Source: Candidatus Melainabacteria bacterium 17Bon1m (GTDB taxonomy: Bacteria > Cyanobacteriota > Vampirovibrionia > Obscuribacterales > Obscuribacteraceae). Taken from it: 64,000 bases of DNA. The notes below the pieces were generated by a model. The model made no database searches. It worked only from the letters and a program-made list of their open reading frames with translations, and was not told where the DNA came from. Shown here piece by piece: positions 12,810 through 22,074 of the stretch (the first letter of the stretch is position 1; each line of letters begins with the position of its first letter). The translations under genes and the position numbers were made by a program. The stretch lies in assembly GCA_032128875.1 (NCBI GenBank), contig JAVLKG010000016.1, forward strand, positions 1 to 64,000, in the 5' to 3' direction.

Positions 12810-13112
12810 ATGAGTACAGCGCTGAAGAAACCAATGCCGGAAGGCCGGCCGGAACGTGAGAAAACGGAGACCGAAAAAATTGTGGAGCTTGAGAGCGCGA
12901 CCGAGACAATGGCTGCATATATCGGCTATCTTAATACTCAGATCGTGAATGAAGAGAATCAAGAGACGCCAAATCTGGAGAAGCTGAAAGCGCTAGAAAC
13001 GCAGATAAATCAGGTTCTAAAGGAGCGGCGAGAAATGAGACCAGACAATTACGAGCTGATTGCTAAAGCTCGCTACATTTATGGTCCCATCATGAAGGCG
13101 CTCTACGCTTGA
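12810..13112 (+). CDS. Small helical protein, putative antitoxin of the downstream zeta-like kinase
   Basis: 100 aa, RBS GAGG, 3 bp upstream of the zeta-like gene. Function inferred from position only. Confidence 0.65.
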   Translation: MSTALKKPMPEGRPEREKTETEKIVELESATETMAAYIGYLNTQIVNEENQETPNLEKLKALETQINQVLKERREMRPDNYELIAKARYIYGPIMKALYA

Positions 13113-13115
13113 AGC

Positions 13116-14138
13116 ATGGACAGACACTTTAAGCTCGACGCCAATAAGCACGAGCAGATTTATCGAAAAATAGAATCTCGCCTGTTCCAAGAGACCCGAT
13201 CTTCACTGTATCCGCGCGCGGTGATTATGGGTGGTCAGCCAGGTTCAGGCAAAAGTAAATTACTTGAAGCGAGCAGAGAAGAGTTTCCCGACGGCAATGT
13301 TGTGGTGATCAATGGCGATGAGTTGCGCGAATACCACCCGCAGTCGAACGAGATATTTAAGCTTGATGACAAACGCTATGCGGAGCGAACAGATGCCGAC
13401 AGCCGTGTTTGGACAAAGCGCGTGTTTGATAAGGCAATTGAGACCAGGCGAAATATCATCTTCGAAAGCACTATGCGAGAAGCTGAACCAATATCCGAAA
13501 CAATGAAACGCTTAAGGGATGAGGGATACGAGTTAACCGCCAAGGTTGTAGCGACTCATGAGCGCATTAGTAAGACCAGTATTTACATGCGCTACGAGGA
13601 GCAGAAGCACGATAAAGGCTACGGTCGTTTCACGTCACAAGAAAGCCATGATGCCGGCTACGTAGGTATGCCGAAGACGGTTGACCATATCGACAAGAAC
13701 AAATTGGTTGACCGACTGGAGGTCTATAATCGCTCTGGGGATGTACTTTTTTCTAAAACCTTAAAAGATGGACAGTGGGATCGCGATGAATACGCCGCAA
13801 AGCTTGTCGAGACCGAGAGACATAGGGAGCCAACAGATAAGGAAATTGCTGATTTGCGGACGGATTGGCACCGAATTCTTGAGCATATGGAAGAGCGCAA
13901 TGCACCGCTGAAAGAGCTGGAGCAAGCTCGCTCTGTGCGTCTGGGAATTGAACGAGATTTGGCTAAACGGCGCGATGCGGAGAAGCCGAGAGAACTGCTT
14001 AAGCCGAAGTTAAAAGCAGAAGACGTGTTCAAGCGCAAGAATGCAGACAAGAAAGAAGAGAAAGCAGAGAAAGCAGAAAAAACGGAAAAAACAGAGAAAA
14101 CCGAGCAACGTGATCGGAATGAAGAGCGAGAGCGCTGA
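13116..14138 (+). CDS. Zeta toxin family P-loop kinase
   Basis: Walker A GGQPGSGKS, INGDELREYHP, IIFESTMR, RYEEQ..GYGR, typical of zeta/PezT-like kinases; charged low-complexity tail. Confidence 0.85.
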   Translation: MDRHFKLDANKHEQIYRKIESRLFQETRSSLYPRAVIMGGQPGSGKSKLLEASREEFPDGNVVVINGDELREYHPQSNEIFKLDDKRYAERTDADSRVWTKRVFDKAIETRRNIIFESTMREAEPISETMKRLRDEGYELTAKVVATHERISKTSIYMRYEEQKHDKGYGRFTSQESHDAGYVGMPKTVDHIDKNKLVDRLEVYNRSGDVLFSKTLKDGQWDRDEYAAKLVETERHREPTDKEIADLRTDWHRILEHMEERNAPLKELEQARSVRLGIERDLAKRRDAEKPRELLKPKLKAEDVFKRKNADKKEEKAEKAEKTEKTEKTEQRDRNEERER

Positions 14139-14160
14139 ACGCGATTAGCAAAAGTTTCTC

Positions 14161-14196
14161 GCGCTCGTTGGCAATGGGCACATTGCCAACGAGCGC
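14161..14196. terminator. Perfect 16-bp inverted repeat after the zeta-like gene
   Basis: GCGCTCGTTGGCAATG-ggca-CATTGCCAACGAGCGC; no clear U-tract. Confidence 0.55.
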
Positions 14197-14208
14197 TCAC
14201 TGCATGAA

Positions 14209-14240
14209 CCCGAAGCCGGCGAGCCGCCGGCGCTCCCAGG
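14209..14240 (+). repeat. REP-like element (second family)
   Basis: CCCGAAGCCGGCGAGCCGCCGGCGCTCCCAGG; exact reverse complement at 32087-32118. Confidence 0.8.
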
Positions 14241-14347
14241 CGCTACCAGGTGCTCCCAGGTGCTCCCAGGTGCTCCCAGGTGCTCCCAGGTGCTCCCAGG
14301 TGCTCCCAGGTGCTCCCAGGTGCTCCCAAGTGCTCCCAAGTGCTACC
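14231..14347. repeat. 10-bp tandem repeat (TGCTCCCAGG), ~11.5 copies
   Basis: Directly visible perfect and near-perfect decamer array. Confidence 0.97.
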
Positions 14348-14524
14348 GCGTGCTAGATGCGTTTCCACGCAAAAAGTGCAGAGCTGCCGAACACTTTCGT
14401 GCCCGACAGTCCTACACACCCTGTTCCAAACTTGTTTTAGGTAAATGGGGGATTGAGCTCGCCGTGCATTGGTTGGCGTGAGGTGCGGAGAGAACAGCGA
14501 GCTCGATTGCTGGAGTACATTCAC

Positions 14525-14557
14525 AATGTAATCCGCTCGTTGGACATTCGTTGGACA
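14525..14557 (-). promoter_or_regulatory. TGTCCAAC x2 (11-bp period) plus -10-like TACATT
   Basis: Same motif and 8-nt spacing to a -10 hexamer as at 18002-18046. Confidence 0.5.
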
Positions 14558-14560
14558 ATG

Positions 14561-15457
14561 CTAATCGTCGGTTGCTCTGAAAACAAACTTACAGTCAGGT
14601 TTCGCTTTTCGCAATTGATCCAACTTTTTGGCGGAAACATGCGTATGCGAGAGAGTAACCTTTTCCAGGTGTTTAAGCTGCAGAAGCTTATCTATATATT
14701 TGTCAGTGATATTGGTTTTCGCCAGCCTGAGCTTTTTCAGGTTTTTCAATTTCTGTATTTTTAGAATTGAATCATCGGTGATATAAGTTGCCGCGAGGTT
14801 CAATCTCTCTAGATTTGGGCAACATTCGACAATGGTATTTACAGCGAAGTCATGAACTCTAGTACCTGCTAAATCCAGCATAATCAGATGCTTGAGTTCT
14901 TTGAGTTTGTTGAGCGTCGTTCCTCTCACTAATGTTGATGAAAGGTCGAGCTGCTGCAAGTTTTTCAAATCTGCTACGTACTGAAAAAGAGAATCGTTGA
15001 CGTCAGAATAGCTGAGATCTAAGTGGGTAAGCCCGCTCATTTTTGAAACAGTTTTGAAATTGCTTGTCGAGATTGGGACATCATGCAGTCGCAAGTGTTG
15101 CAGGTCTTGCGGCTTGAGTTTTGACAAAGCATCGAAATAGCGCATGCCTTCTGGTGTTGGTACGAGATAAAGCGCGTCACCGTCTTTGAGAGAAACGTTT
15201 CCCTTTGATGTTCCGAGCATTCGCAGAGGCGTTTCGTTATTAAGCGGATGCGTCATCGCTGTGCCGATTGGTACGGGCGTTGGCGGAAACACGACTGTTC
15301 TGTCCGCACGCGCAGGTGCTGCGAACGAAAGAACGCAGAAGACTGCTGTCAACGTGGATGGTCTTTCGATTGCTTTTGCCAAAACCTTTAGGAGGCTTTT
15401 CGTGAAAGCTATTGTGTTGGCTTTTTTAGCGCTCATCATGTTTTTTCTAGCGCTCAT
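14561..15457 (-). CDS. Exported leucine-rich repeat protein
   Basis: Signal-like VFCVLSFAAPARA; repeated LxxLxxLDLSxTxV/ITD units; overlaps the HK stop codon by 4 bp. Confidence 0.85.
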   Translation of the reverse strand: MSARKNMMSAKKANTIAFTKSLLKVLAKAIERPSTLTAVFCVLSFAAPARADRTVVFPPTPVPIGTAMTHPLNNETPLRMLGTSKGNVSLKDGDALYLVPTPEGMRYFDALSKLKPQDLQHLRLHDVPISTSNFKTVSKMSGLTHLDLSYSDVNDSLFQYVADLKNLQQLDLSSTLVRGTTLNKLKELKHLIMLDLAGTRVHDFAVNTIVECCPNLERLNLAATYITDDSILKIQKLKNLKKLRLAKTNITDKYIDKLLQLKHLEKVTLSHTHVSAKKLDQLRKAKPDCKFVFRATDD

Positions 15458-17274
15458 CGTGCCTTTTCCGCTTCGCGCAGGTCTTCTGTTTCCATCGGCA
15501 CTGTAAACCAGAATACCGTGCCACCGCCGTCGTTGTCTCGCACACCTATTTGCCCTTCGTGCGCTTCAACGACTTGTTTGGCGATGGGCAAGCCGAGCCC
15601 AGTGCCCTTGTGCTTATGTGCTTCCGATTCGACCTGCTTGAAGCGCTCGAACACATGCGATTTGTAGTCATCGGGTATGCCCGGTCCTTGATCGGTAATC
15701 TCCACCAGCACGTAATTGTTCTTTTGCCGGGTGATGATTTTGATGGTTCCGCCATTCGGGGAAAATTTGACTGCGTTCGAGAGGATGTTGACCATTGCTT
15801 GTGTCAGCCGGTCTGCGTCCACATTTACAGCGAAATCTGTGCCTTCCACATTGGTTGCTAAATGTTTTTCTTCAATAAGTGATTCGATTGAAACAATTGA
15901 GCTGTAAGCAATTTCTTGAATCGAATGGCTTTGCAGGTTGAGTGTGAATTGCCCTGATTCGTACTTGTCATAGTCGAGAAGGTCGTTGATAAGCCGCAAC
16001 AGGCGATCTGCAGAACCTTCAGCACCGCGCACTCTTTTCACCGCGTTGTCGCTGAGCTTGCCCATGACGCCGAGAGCGAGCGATTCCAGCACCGCGCGAA
16101 TAGAGGCGATGGGGGAGCGCAAGTCATGCGCGACCGTGTCCATGAGTTTTTGCTTGATTCTTTCGAATTCTCTTTCGCGCGTAACATCTCGCACAACGCA
16201 GAAAAGCGCCCGCTCGCTCGTCGACCAGAAGCTTGAAATGACGACGTCTATTATTCGGCCATCTTTGCGAACCACGCGCGCATCAAATGCACCTTGTGAC
16301 TTCGCTTTGATGTGTTCTTCCGCTTGCCTGGTTGTTTTCGCCGCTGATTCTTTTTCCAAGATTTGCACGAGCCGTAAGCCTGTTACTTCCTCAGGCACAT
16401 AACCCCATACTCTTTCGCATGAGGCAGAAACGCGTAACAGCACTAGGTGTTCATCTAAAGAGCAAAGTACATCCGCCGCGTTATCCAGAAGAGCAAGTTG
16501 TTTGCTGTTTGCTTCTGCCAGCGCTTCTGCCATGCCGTGAAATGTCGTATCCAACTGGGCAACTTCATCGTCGCCCTTTAACGGCACGTTTAGCGGCTTT
16601 CCAGATCCCAACAGTAATGCGTTGTGAGTTACTACTGAAATTCTGCCTGCTATATAGGTAGAGAAAACGTATCCCAATCCTGCTGCAATACAGATGTTGA
16701 CGATGATGCCGGCGATCATCGTTGTGACTACCCACTCCCGAGACTTGTCTGCGGTGGCGTTTTTCTGAAGATCTATCGCGTAGTCATTTAGTAGTCGGTA
16801 GTTTTCCACCAGTGTATTCATATAAGTGAACGCTTGCTTGTGGAAAATTCGCGGGTCTAAGTTTCCCCCGTAGTGTGTGCTAGCACCGCTTCTAATCTCG
16901 CTGAGAAAGCGTCTTGCCTTCTTGCTGTCTTCAATAGCGTTAGAGACGAGATATTGTTTTTTCTCGTCATTTCTCAGAAGTTCTTTCAAATCACCTTCTG
17001 ACTTTTGGATAGTCGCAAGAGATTTATCCAGACGTTCTCCGGCTTCCTCGCTGCGTTTTGAGTGCCATGTTCTAGCTTGCATGGCGGCGTTGAATGACTC
17101 CGCCTGCAGATTTGCGACGACTGCTGCAAGTTTTGCCCCCAGTATCTGCGCTTTCAAATCGCGTTCTGCATCCTGTAAAGCGTTTATCAAAAACCAAAAG
17201 AAAACCAAGCTGAACAGCACCGGCACCGTCACGATGATGATTCCCAACCGGCGCAGCGACAGTCCTTTGATCAT
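15454..17274 (-). CDS. Sensor histidine kinase (2 TM, HAMP, PAS, HisKA, HATPase)
   Basis: AHDLRSPI, NILSNAVKF, DQGPG, GTGLGL. Confidence 0.93.
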   Translation of the reverse strand: MIKGLSLRRLGIIIVTVPVLFSLVFFWFLINALQDAERDLKAQILGAKLAAVVANLQAESFNAAMQARTWHSKRSEEAGERLDKSLATIQKSEGDLKELLRNDEKKQYLVSNAIEDSKKARRFLSEIRSGASTHYGGNLDPRIFHKQAFTYMNTLVENYRLLNDYAIDLQKNATADKSREWVVTTMIAGIIVNICIAAGLGYVFSTYIAGRISVVTHNALLLGSGKPLNVPLKGDDEVAQLDTTFHGMAEALAEANSKQLALLDNAADVLCSLDEHLVLLRVSASCERVWGYVPEEVTGLRLVQILEKESAAKTTRQAEEHIKAKSQGAFDARVVRKDGRIIDVVISSFWSTSERALFCVVRDVTREREFERIKQKLMDTVAHDLRSPIASIRAVLESLALGVMGKLSDNAVKRVRGAEGSADRLLRLINDLLDYDKYESGQFTLNLQSHSIQEIAYSSIVSIESLIEEKHLATNVEGTDFAVNVDADRLTQAMVNILSNAVKFSPNGGTIKIITRQKNNYVLVEITDQGPGIPDDYKSHVFERFKQVESEAHKHKGTGLGLPIAKQVVEAHEGQIGVRDNDGGGTVFWFTVPMETEDLREAEKAR

Positions 17275-17276
17275 GT

Positions 17277-17948
17277 TTATTCGTCTACTTTATAGCCACG
17301 ACCGACGATGTTGGTAATCGGCGAAGGGCTGCCTGGAACGTCGATTTTTTGACGAAGCCTTGTTATGCATTTGCGGACAGCATCAACAGAAGAATCCGAA
17401 TCACAAGACCACAGGCGATCGAGGAGTTCGTCAACGCTAAATACTCTTCCTTTGTTTCGAATCAAGTGTTCTAGTAATGCAAACTCTTTCGGATGTAGCG
17501 ATATTTCTTTACCGCGCCGGAAGCATTTAAACTCGCTGACTTGCAAAGTCAAATCGCCTGCTGTCAAGGTTTCACCCTTGTATTCTGACGGACGCCGCAG
17601 CAACGCTTTTACTCTTGATTTCAGCTCAATAAGATTAAATGGCTTTGTTAAATAGTCATCCGCACCGCCGTCAAGCCCGGTCACTTTGCTGTCGATGCCG
17701 CTGTTTGCCGTGAGCATGATGACCGGCGTCGATTTCCCTGCATCCCGCATCTTCTTTAGGACATCGATTCCTTCCATCGAGGGTAGATTCCAGTCAAGGA
17801 TAACTAGGTCGTATTCAAGAGTCTCCAGCCTGTCCCAGCCGTCCGCGCCGTCCGCCACGCTCTCGACAGTGAAGTGCTCCTGCTGCAGCATGTCGACCAC
17901 GCTTTGAGCAATTAGTACATCATCTTCGACCAGTAATATCTTCGCCAT
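17277..17948 (-). CDS. OmpR/PhoB-family response regulator
   Basis: ILLVEDD, ILDWNLP, GADDYLTKPF, winged helix (LHPKEFALL..RLRQKI..GRGY). Start placed at MAKIL. Confidence 0.95.
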   Translation of the reverse strand: MAKILLVEDDVLIAQSVVDMLQQEHFTVESVADGADGWDRLETLEYDLVILDWNLPSMEGIDVLKKMRDAGKSTPVIMLTANSGIDSKVTGLDGGADDYLTKPFNLIELKSRVKALLRRPSEYKGETLTAGDLTLQVSEFKCFRRGKEISLHPKEFALLEHLIRNKGRVFSVDELLDRLWSCDSDSSVDAVRKCITRLRQKIDVPGSPSPITNIVGRGYKVDE

Positions 17949-18001
17949 GGGGGCACTATAGCAGCCTTCAAGCAATTCGCAAATGGCAAATTCGTCGCAT
18001 T

Positions 18002-18046
18002 TTGTCCAACTGTTGTCCCATCGTTGTCCAACCGGATGCCTATTGT
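18002..18046 (+). promoter_or_regulatory. Triple TTGTCC direct repeat (11-bp period) plus -10 TATTGT; putative OmpR-family operator
   Basis: TTGTCC at 18002, 18013 and 18024, between the divergent OmpR-type gene and the LysM gene. Confidence 0.65.
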
Positions 18047-18080
18047 GTCGGTAAGACCCACCTTGCTGAGGACCGGAACG

Positions 18081-19235
18081 ATGGCAGATATTCAGTACGA
18101 CGTAAATCTGGATGCATTGAAAGAGGCGGCCTCTAAGACTCCTGCCTTTGACGTATACAATCCAACCGATTTTTACGTCAATACTTCCGTGTTGCCATCA
18201 ACTGCAGACGAACATTTGCCATCGGTCGCTATCGAAGGCATCACTCCATCTTTTGATCAAGAAACTCAAGATGAGAAGTTTAACGCGCTCATCAAACAGC
18301 TGCTTTCAGAGAAGTCGCCTAACAATTTTGTTGCCGGTGGTGCCAAAGACGGCGCCATGACTTTTTCCGAGAATGCTGACGGAACTTATTCTCATACCGT
18401 CGAAAGGGGCGACTCATATTGGAAGGTTGCTCGCGAAGTCGTTATGTCGCAGAAGGGAACGGATAATCCAGGTGATGTGAGCAACGGCGAAGTACAAAAG
18501 ATGATGGCAGCACTAATTGCCTTTAACGAGAAAAACGCACAAAGCGCGGATCATCTAGCCATCGGAGAGCAAATACATATTCCGAAAGAGATTGCGAATG
18601 CAGTAGAAGCTGCGCAGTCTGTGGCAGCTAACGACGCCGCTACAGCCGCGGCATTAGAGAGCGCTGAGGCGAAACCATTAACTGCAGACGAGCGAAAAGA
18701 GCTTGATACTACGAGCAATGGCATTCAGATCGCAGATATGAAACTGAACCCTATCGATGGTGTCTACAATCCTCTTCAGCCCCCAGGCTTAGAGCAAGGA
18801 CAAAACGGCGACTATGATACTGAAGGATTTTATAATTACGACGTGGAAGGTCGCGAGACACTGAGCGACGTCACGAATAAATTCACTGGCATGCGGACTT
18901 TGGCCTACAAAGGGCAAATCGACAGCGGATTTGGCGCAAACGGTATCTGGTGGAATGACACTCCTTTTGCGGCAACCGAAAACATAAATGCCAATGGTGT
19001 TATGACTTATCGACATATCGACTACCAAGACAGCTCAGTCAAAATGAATTTCGATGACGGCACGGGCAAAGCGGTGACGACCTATGTGCGTTCTGTTGAA
19101 AGTGAATTGAATCCATCTAGCGGTAATTACACTTCTCGCATCACAACAGCCGACGGCAAGGTTTATTCCATGCAAGTGAATGGTCAGACGGGTCAAGTGA
19201 TTGCAGATTCAGTAAAGGTAAATGGCGGTTCCTGA
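18081..19235 (+). CDS. LysM-like domain acidic protein
   Basis: HTVERGDSYWKVA...N...HLAIGEQIHIP is an extended LysM; RBS GAGGA before MADIQ; no signal peptide seen. Confidence 0.75.
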   Translation: MADIQYDVNLDALKEAASKTPAFDVYNPTDFYVNTSVLPSTADEHLPSVAIEGITPSFDQETQDEKFNALIKQLLSEKSPNNFVAGGAKDGAMTFSENADGTYSHTVERGDSYWKVAREVVMSQKGTDNPGDVSNGEVQKMMAALIAFNEKNAQSADHLAIGEQIHIPKEIANAVEAAQSVAANDAATAAALESAEAKPLTADERKELDTTSNGIQIADMKLNPIDGVYNPLQPPGLEQGQNGDYDTEGFYNYDVEGRETLSDVTNKFTGMRTLAYKGQIDSGFGANGIWWNDTPFAATENINANGVMTYRHIDYQDSSVKMNFDDGTGKAVTTYVRSVESELNPSSGNYTSRITTADGKVYSMQVNGQTGQVIADSVKVNGGS

Positions 19236-19287
19236 GTCGTCGTATTAACAATCGAAGTCGCCTCAAAGTTTCAACAACCAGCAAGGA

Positions 19288-19318
19288 AGAAGCCCGCCGT
19301 CCCTCCGGCGGGTTTTCT
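19288..19318 (+). terminator. Putative rho-independent terminator
   Basis: AGAAGCCCGCCG-tccctc-CGGCGGGTTTTCT hairpin with T-rich tail. Confidence 0.6.
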
Positions 19319-19332
19319 GCTTGTTGCGTTTT

Positions 19333-19363
19333 TAACACCTCGCTAACAACATACGCCTATTGA
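19333..19363 (+). promoter_or_regulatory. TAAC-N7-TAACAA-N8-(-10) promoter motif
   Basis: TAACACCTCGCTAACAA-catacgcc-TATTGA. Confidence 0.5.
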
Positions 19364-19407
19364 AAGAGGTGTGTTCTATCACGTGTCTTTCGAACCGGAG
19401 ATTTTAA

Positions 19408-20481
19408 ATGCCAGCAGACTCACTACAGGGCAAAGCCGAAGCATCGCTGTCTTTTACAGAAGAACAGAAAAAGGATGCGTCTGAAAAACTTCTACTGGAC
19501 AGCCCTCAAATTAGCCTCAAGCCCTCCGGCACTCGTGACTCTGGCACTCCAGCTCAGTCGGACACCCTGAAGGGCGTCTTACCAGAAATGACAATCGAAA
19601 ACACCGAGGCAGCGCAAAACGATGCATCGGACCTTAGAGATCAGAAGAAGGCTGAGATAGAGCAAAAATACGGTGTCCTCTTTGAGACGAAGGATACCTG
19701 CCCTCCGCAGGATCGCGACAAACTTAGAGAGCCGACCTTGGCAGAACTAGAAATCGTGGAATGGGCTCTGTCAAAGAATCAAGCTGCTGTCAAACCAAAT
19801 GTGTTCTCAATAAATAGAATGACCATCATGTTTTCGACTGACACCGCAGGAGCATCTGCTTTTCATTCATCTGAGAGCGGCGTGTTTGGAAATTCTCGTG
19901 TCGTAATCAACAACACAGAGAAAGTTTTGACCAAAGAAGATACAAAGAATGGGCAGAGTTTGGGCAGCGTATTGCTCCATGAATTCGGGCACCGCGCCAG
20001 CTTTATGAAAGAGCCTGATATAGAAGGACTCGGTTGGCGAAAGATTGGAGAGAAAGATGTAGCGATCGAAACCAAAGATGGAAGCCTCTACAAATACGTT
20101 GAAGAAAAGAGTGCAGATGGTAAAGATAAAAAGATCTATTGGAGCAAAATCGATAAAGATGGCAACTCGTTGGAAGACCAACCGCAAGGGCGCTTGACGG
20201 ACGAGCAGATGCTTCACTTGGAGAAGGTTTCACAACCCATGCGTCCGGCAAACCATCCAAGTGAAACCTTTGCAAATGCAATGAGAATGTACTGTCAGAA
20301 CAAAGAAACCCGCGAGGAGCTGAAGAGTAAGTGTCCTGATATGTACCGCTACATCGACGAATACGATCGCAAAGAACTTCGTCGCCTTGGAAGCGATTTC
20401 TTTGGCATTAGCAATTATGTACGCGACGAGAATGGCGACATAGTTCGCAATCCGCAAGCATGGAACCCGGCACTTGCCTAG
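19408..20481 (+). CDS. Putative zinc metallopeptidase (HExxH; lethal-factor-like zincin pattern)
   Basis: LLHEFGH plus downstream PSETFANAMRMY...LKSKCPDMYRYID. Confidence 0.7.
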   Translation: MPADSLQGKAEASLSFTEEQKKDASEKLLLDSPQISLKPSGTRDSGTPAQSDTLKGVLPEMTIENTEAAQNDASDLRDQKKAEIEQKYGVLFETKDTCPPQDRDKLREPTLAELEIVEWALSKNQAAVKPNVFSINRMTIMFSTDTAGASAFHSSESGVFGNSRVVINNTEKVLTKEDTKNGQSLGSVLLHEFGHRASFMKEPDIEGLGWRKIGEKDVAIETKDGSLYKYVEEKSADGKDKKIYWSKIDKDGNSLEDQPQGRLTDEQMLHLEKVSQPMRPANHPSETFANAMRMYCQNKETREELKSKCPDMYRYIDEYDRKELRRLGSDFFGISNYVRDENGDIVRNPQAWNPALA

Positions 20482-20524
20482 TTTGTAGGATTGCAGGCTC
20501 TGAGATCTGTAACCCGACCACGTT

Positions 20525-20555
20525 TAACGGCTCGATAACAAGTTGGCTTTATTGT
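20525..20555 (+). promoter_or_regulatory. TAAC-N7-TAACAA-N8-(-10) promoter motif
   Basis: TAACGGCTCGATAACAA-gttggctt-TATTGT. Confidence 0.6.
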
Positions 20556-20588
20556 TCAACTATCCCGAGTGCGTTTGGAGAATATGAA

Positions 20589-21902
20589 ATGTCTGGACAA
20601 GAGATAAGGTCACCGCAGAACGCAGCCACTGAAGGCTTGCAAGATGCACGTAATATCCAATCTGAGCTCAGCATCAACTCTAATTCTGCCTACCAGATGT
20701 TTTGTCGAGAGTTGAATGACGTTGATACCAATGTCAAAGACGCGAATCTCAAAGTTGCTTACCAAGAAAATCTTTTGCGCAACCTTGGAGAAAGCAATGT
20801 AAACGCATTGATGCTCGAGTACTTGAACGATCCGCGCGGTGGAGCTGACCTCAAAAGACAAGGGCAGGTTACGCGCTTGTCCATAGCTGAGAAGAAAGCT
20901 CAAGCTGCTACGCCCGAAGGCCTTTCGCCGGCGGACAAGCTATTCTTACCGCACATGAGCCTTACGTTCGACAATCTAAGAAATGGGGACTTAAGGGACG
21001 GCGCCAATAAGAAAAACTCTGATGGAATCACTGACAATGACTTAAGAGCGCTTAGTGGAAAACTAAGTTCTGATAGATTTGCGAATTCTGCAACCAAAGT
21101 GAATCGAAGGGAGAAATTTGCTGATTCATTTCTGGACCCTACCCGTTCTGAGATTTTCGACAGGATTGAAACATCCGATGATTTGCCGTTCACTCGCAGA
21201 GACGGAAAGATTTCAAAAAGCAACCTAAAGGAATTTCTTGAAGACGCTGCCAAATATAACAAGAGCGATAAGGAGTTTAAGTATCCAGCAGACCTTATGC
21301 AGAGCGTGCAATACATGCACGAAAACTGGGACTCTCCTCAAGTCCGCATGATGCGTGACAAAGACGGGGAGGGTTACATGACGCGCGATTCTATCGCAAA
21401 GGGCTGCGGTTATCCAGGTGGTTATTCGGAATACGTAGAGAGCTTCAAGCAGGCAAAGATCAACCAATCTAAGGTCGCTCAGCCCGAGAGAGTACCGGAC
21501 ACTTCTCAGCGCGAGCGGATCGTGAAAGGAGCTGTTGAGCGAAATGAAAAACCGCCGGTACAGTCTATTGAAGACTTTAAAAAATCCAAGCTGTCCACTT
21601 TGGCTAAGCAAGAAACCATGCAAGGATACTGGCACGTCGGCGCTAAGCTTTTGAAGGAAAGTCCGGTGGAAAAAGAAAGCCCACAAGAAACTTCCAGGCA
21701 AAACATCATCCTGATGCGCGCGTTGCAGCATTTGCACAAGCAACAAGGTGGCAAACTAGGCGGTCATGAGTTTTTGGCTTCCCAAAAGGATTTCGACAAC
21801 TTGAAGGCAGAAATTGACAAATATACGCAGAGCAGAAGTGAAAGAACTCGTGCCTCGGCAGAAGTCTTGAAAAAACGACTTGAAAAACTGAAAGCAAATT
21901 AG
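20589..21902 (+). CDS. Hypothetical protein with EF-hand-like loops
   Basis: Long ORF, RBS GGAG before MSGQEI; DGITDNDL, DGKISKSNL and DGEGYMTRDSI loops. Confidence 0.7.
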   Translation: MSGQEIRSPQNAATEGLQDARNIQSELSINSNSAYQMFCRELNDVDTNVKDANLKVAYQENLLRNLGESNVNALMLEYLNDPRGGADLKRQGQVTRLSIAEKKAQAATPEGLSPADKLFLPHMSLTFDNLRNGDLRDGANKKNSDGITDNDLRALSGKLSSDRFANSATKVNRREKFADSFLDPTRSEIFDRIETSDDLPFTRRDGKISKSNLKEFLEDAAKYNKSDKEFKYPADLMQSVQYMHENWDSPQVRMMRDKDGEGYMTRDSIAKGCGYPGGYSEYVESFKQAKINQSKVAQPERVPDTSQRERIVKGAVERNEKPPVQSIEDFKKSKLSTLAKQETMQGYWHVGAKLLKESPVEKESPQETSRQNIILMRALQHLHKQQGGKLGGHEFLASQKDFDNLKAEIDKYTQSRSERTRASAEVLKKRLEKLKAN

Positions 21903-22002
21903 GCAGCGAAGCAACGTTTTTGCGTCGCACTAAGTGTGCAGTCCACTTTTGACTCCTGAGATGGTGCAAAAGGGGCGAGCCGCTGCCTGAATCCGCTGCA
22001 TT

Positions 22003-22033
22003 AAACGTATTCATAACAAATCGCTTCTAAAGT
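22003..22033 (+). promoter_or_regulatory. AAAC-N7-TAACAA-N8-(-10) promoter motif
   Basis: AAACGTATTCATAACAA-atcgcttc-TAAAGT. Confidence 0.55.
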
Positions 22034-22074
22034 ATCAGTTGCTGATAGGAATGCGGTTTGCGGAGCAGTTACTA

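Noticed and set aside
14145-14524. ORFs with WEHLGAPGST / PGAPRCSQVL repeats
   Set aside because: They arise from a stop-free 10-bp repeat whose unit is not a multiple of three; no RBS or coding signal.
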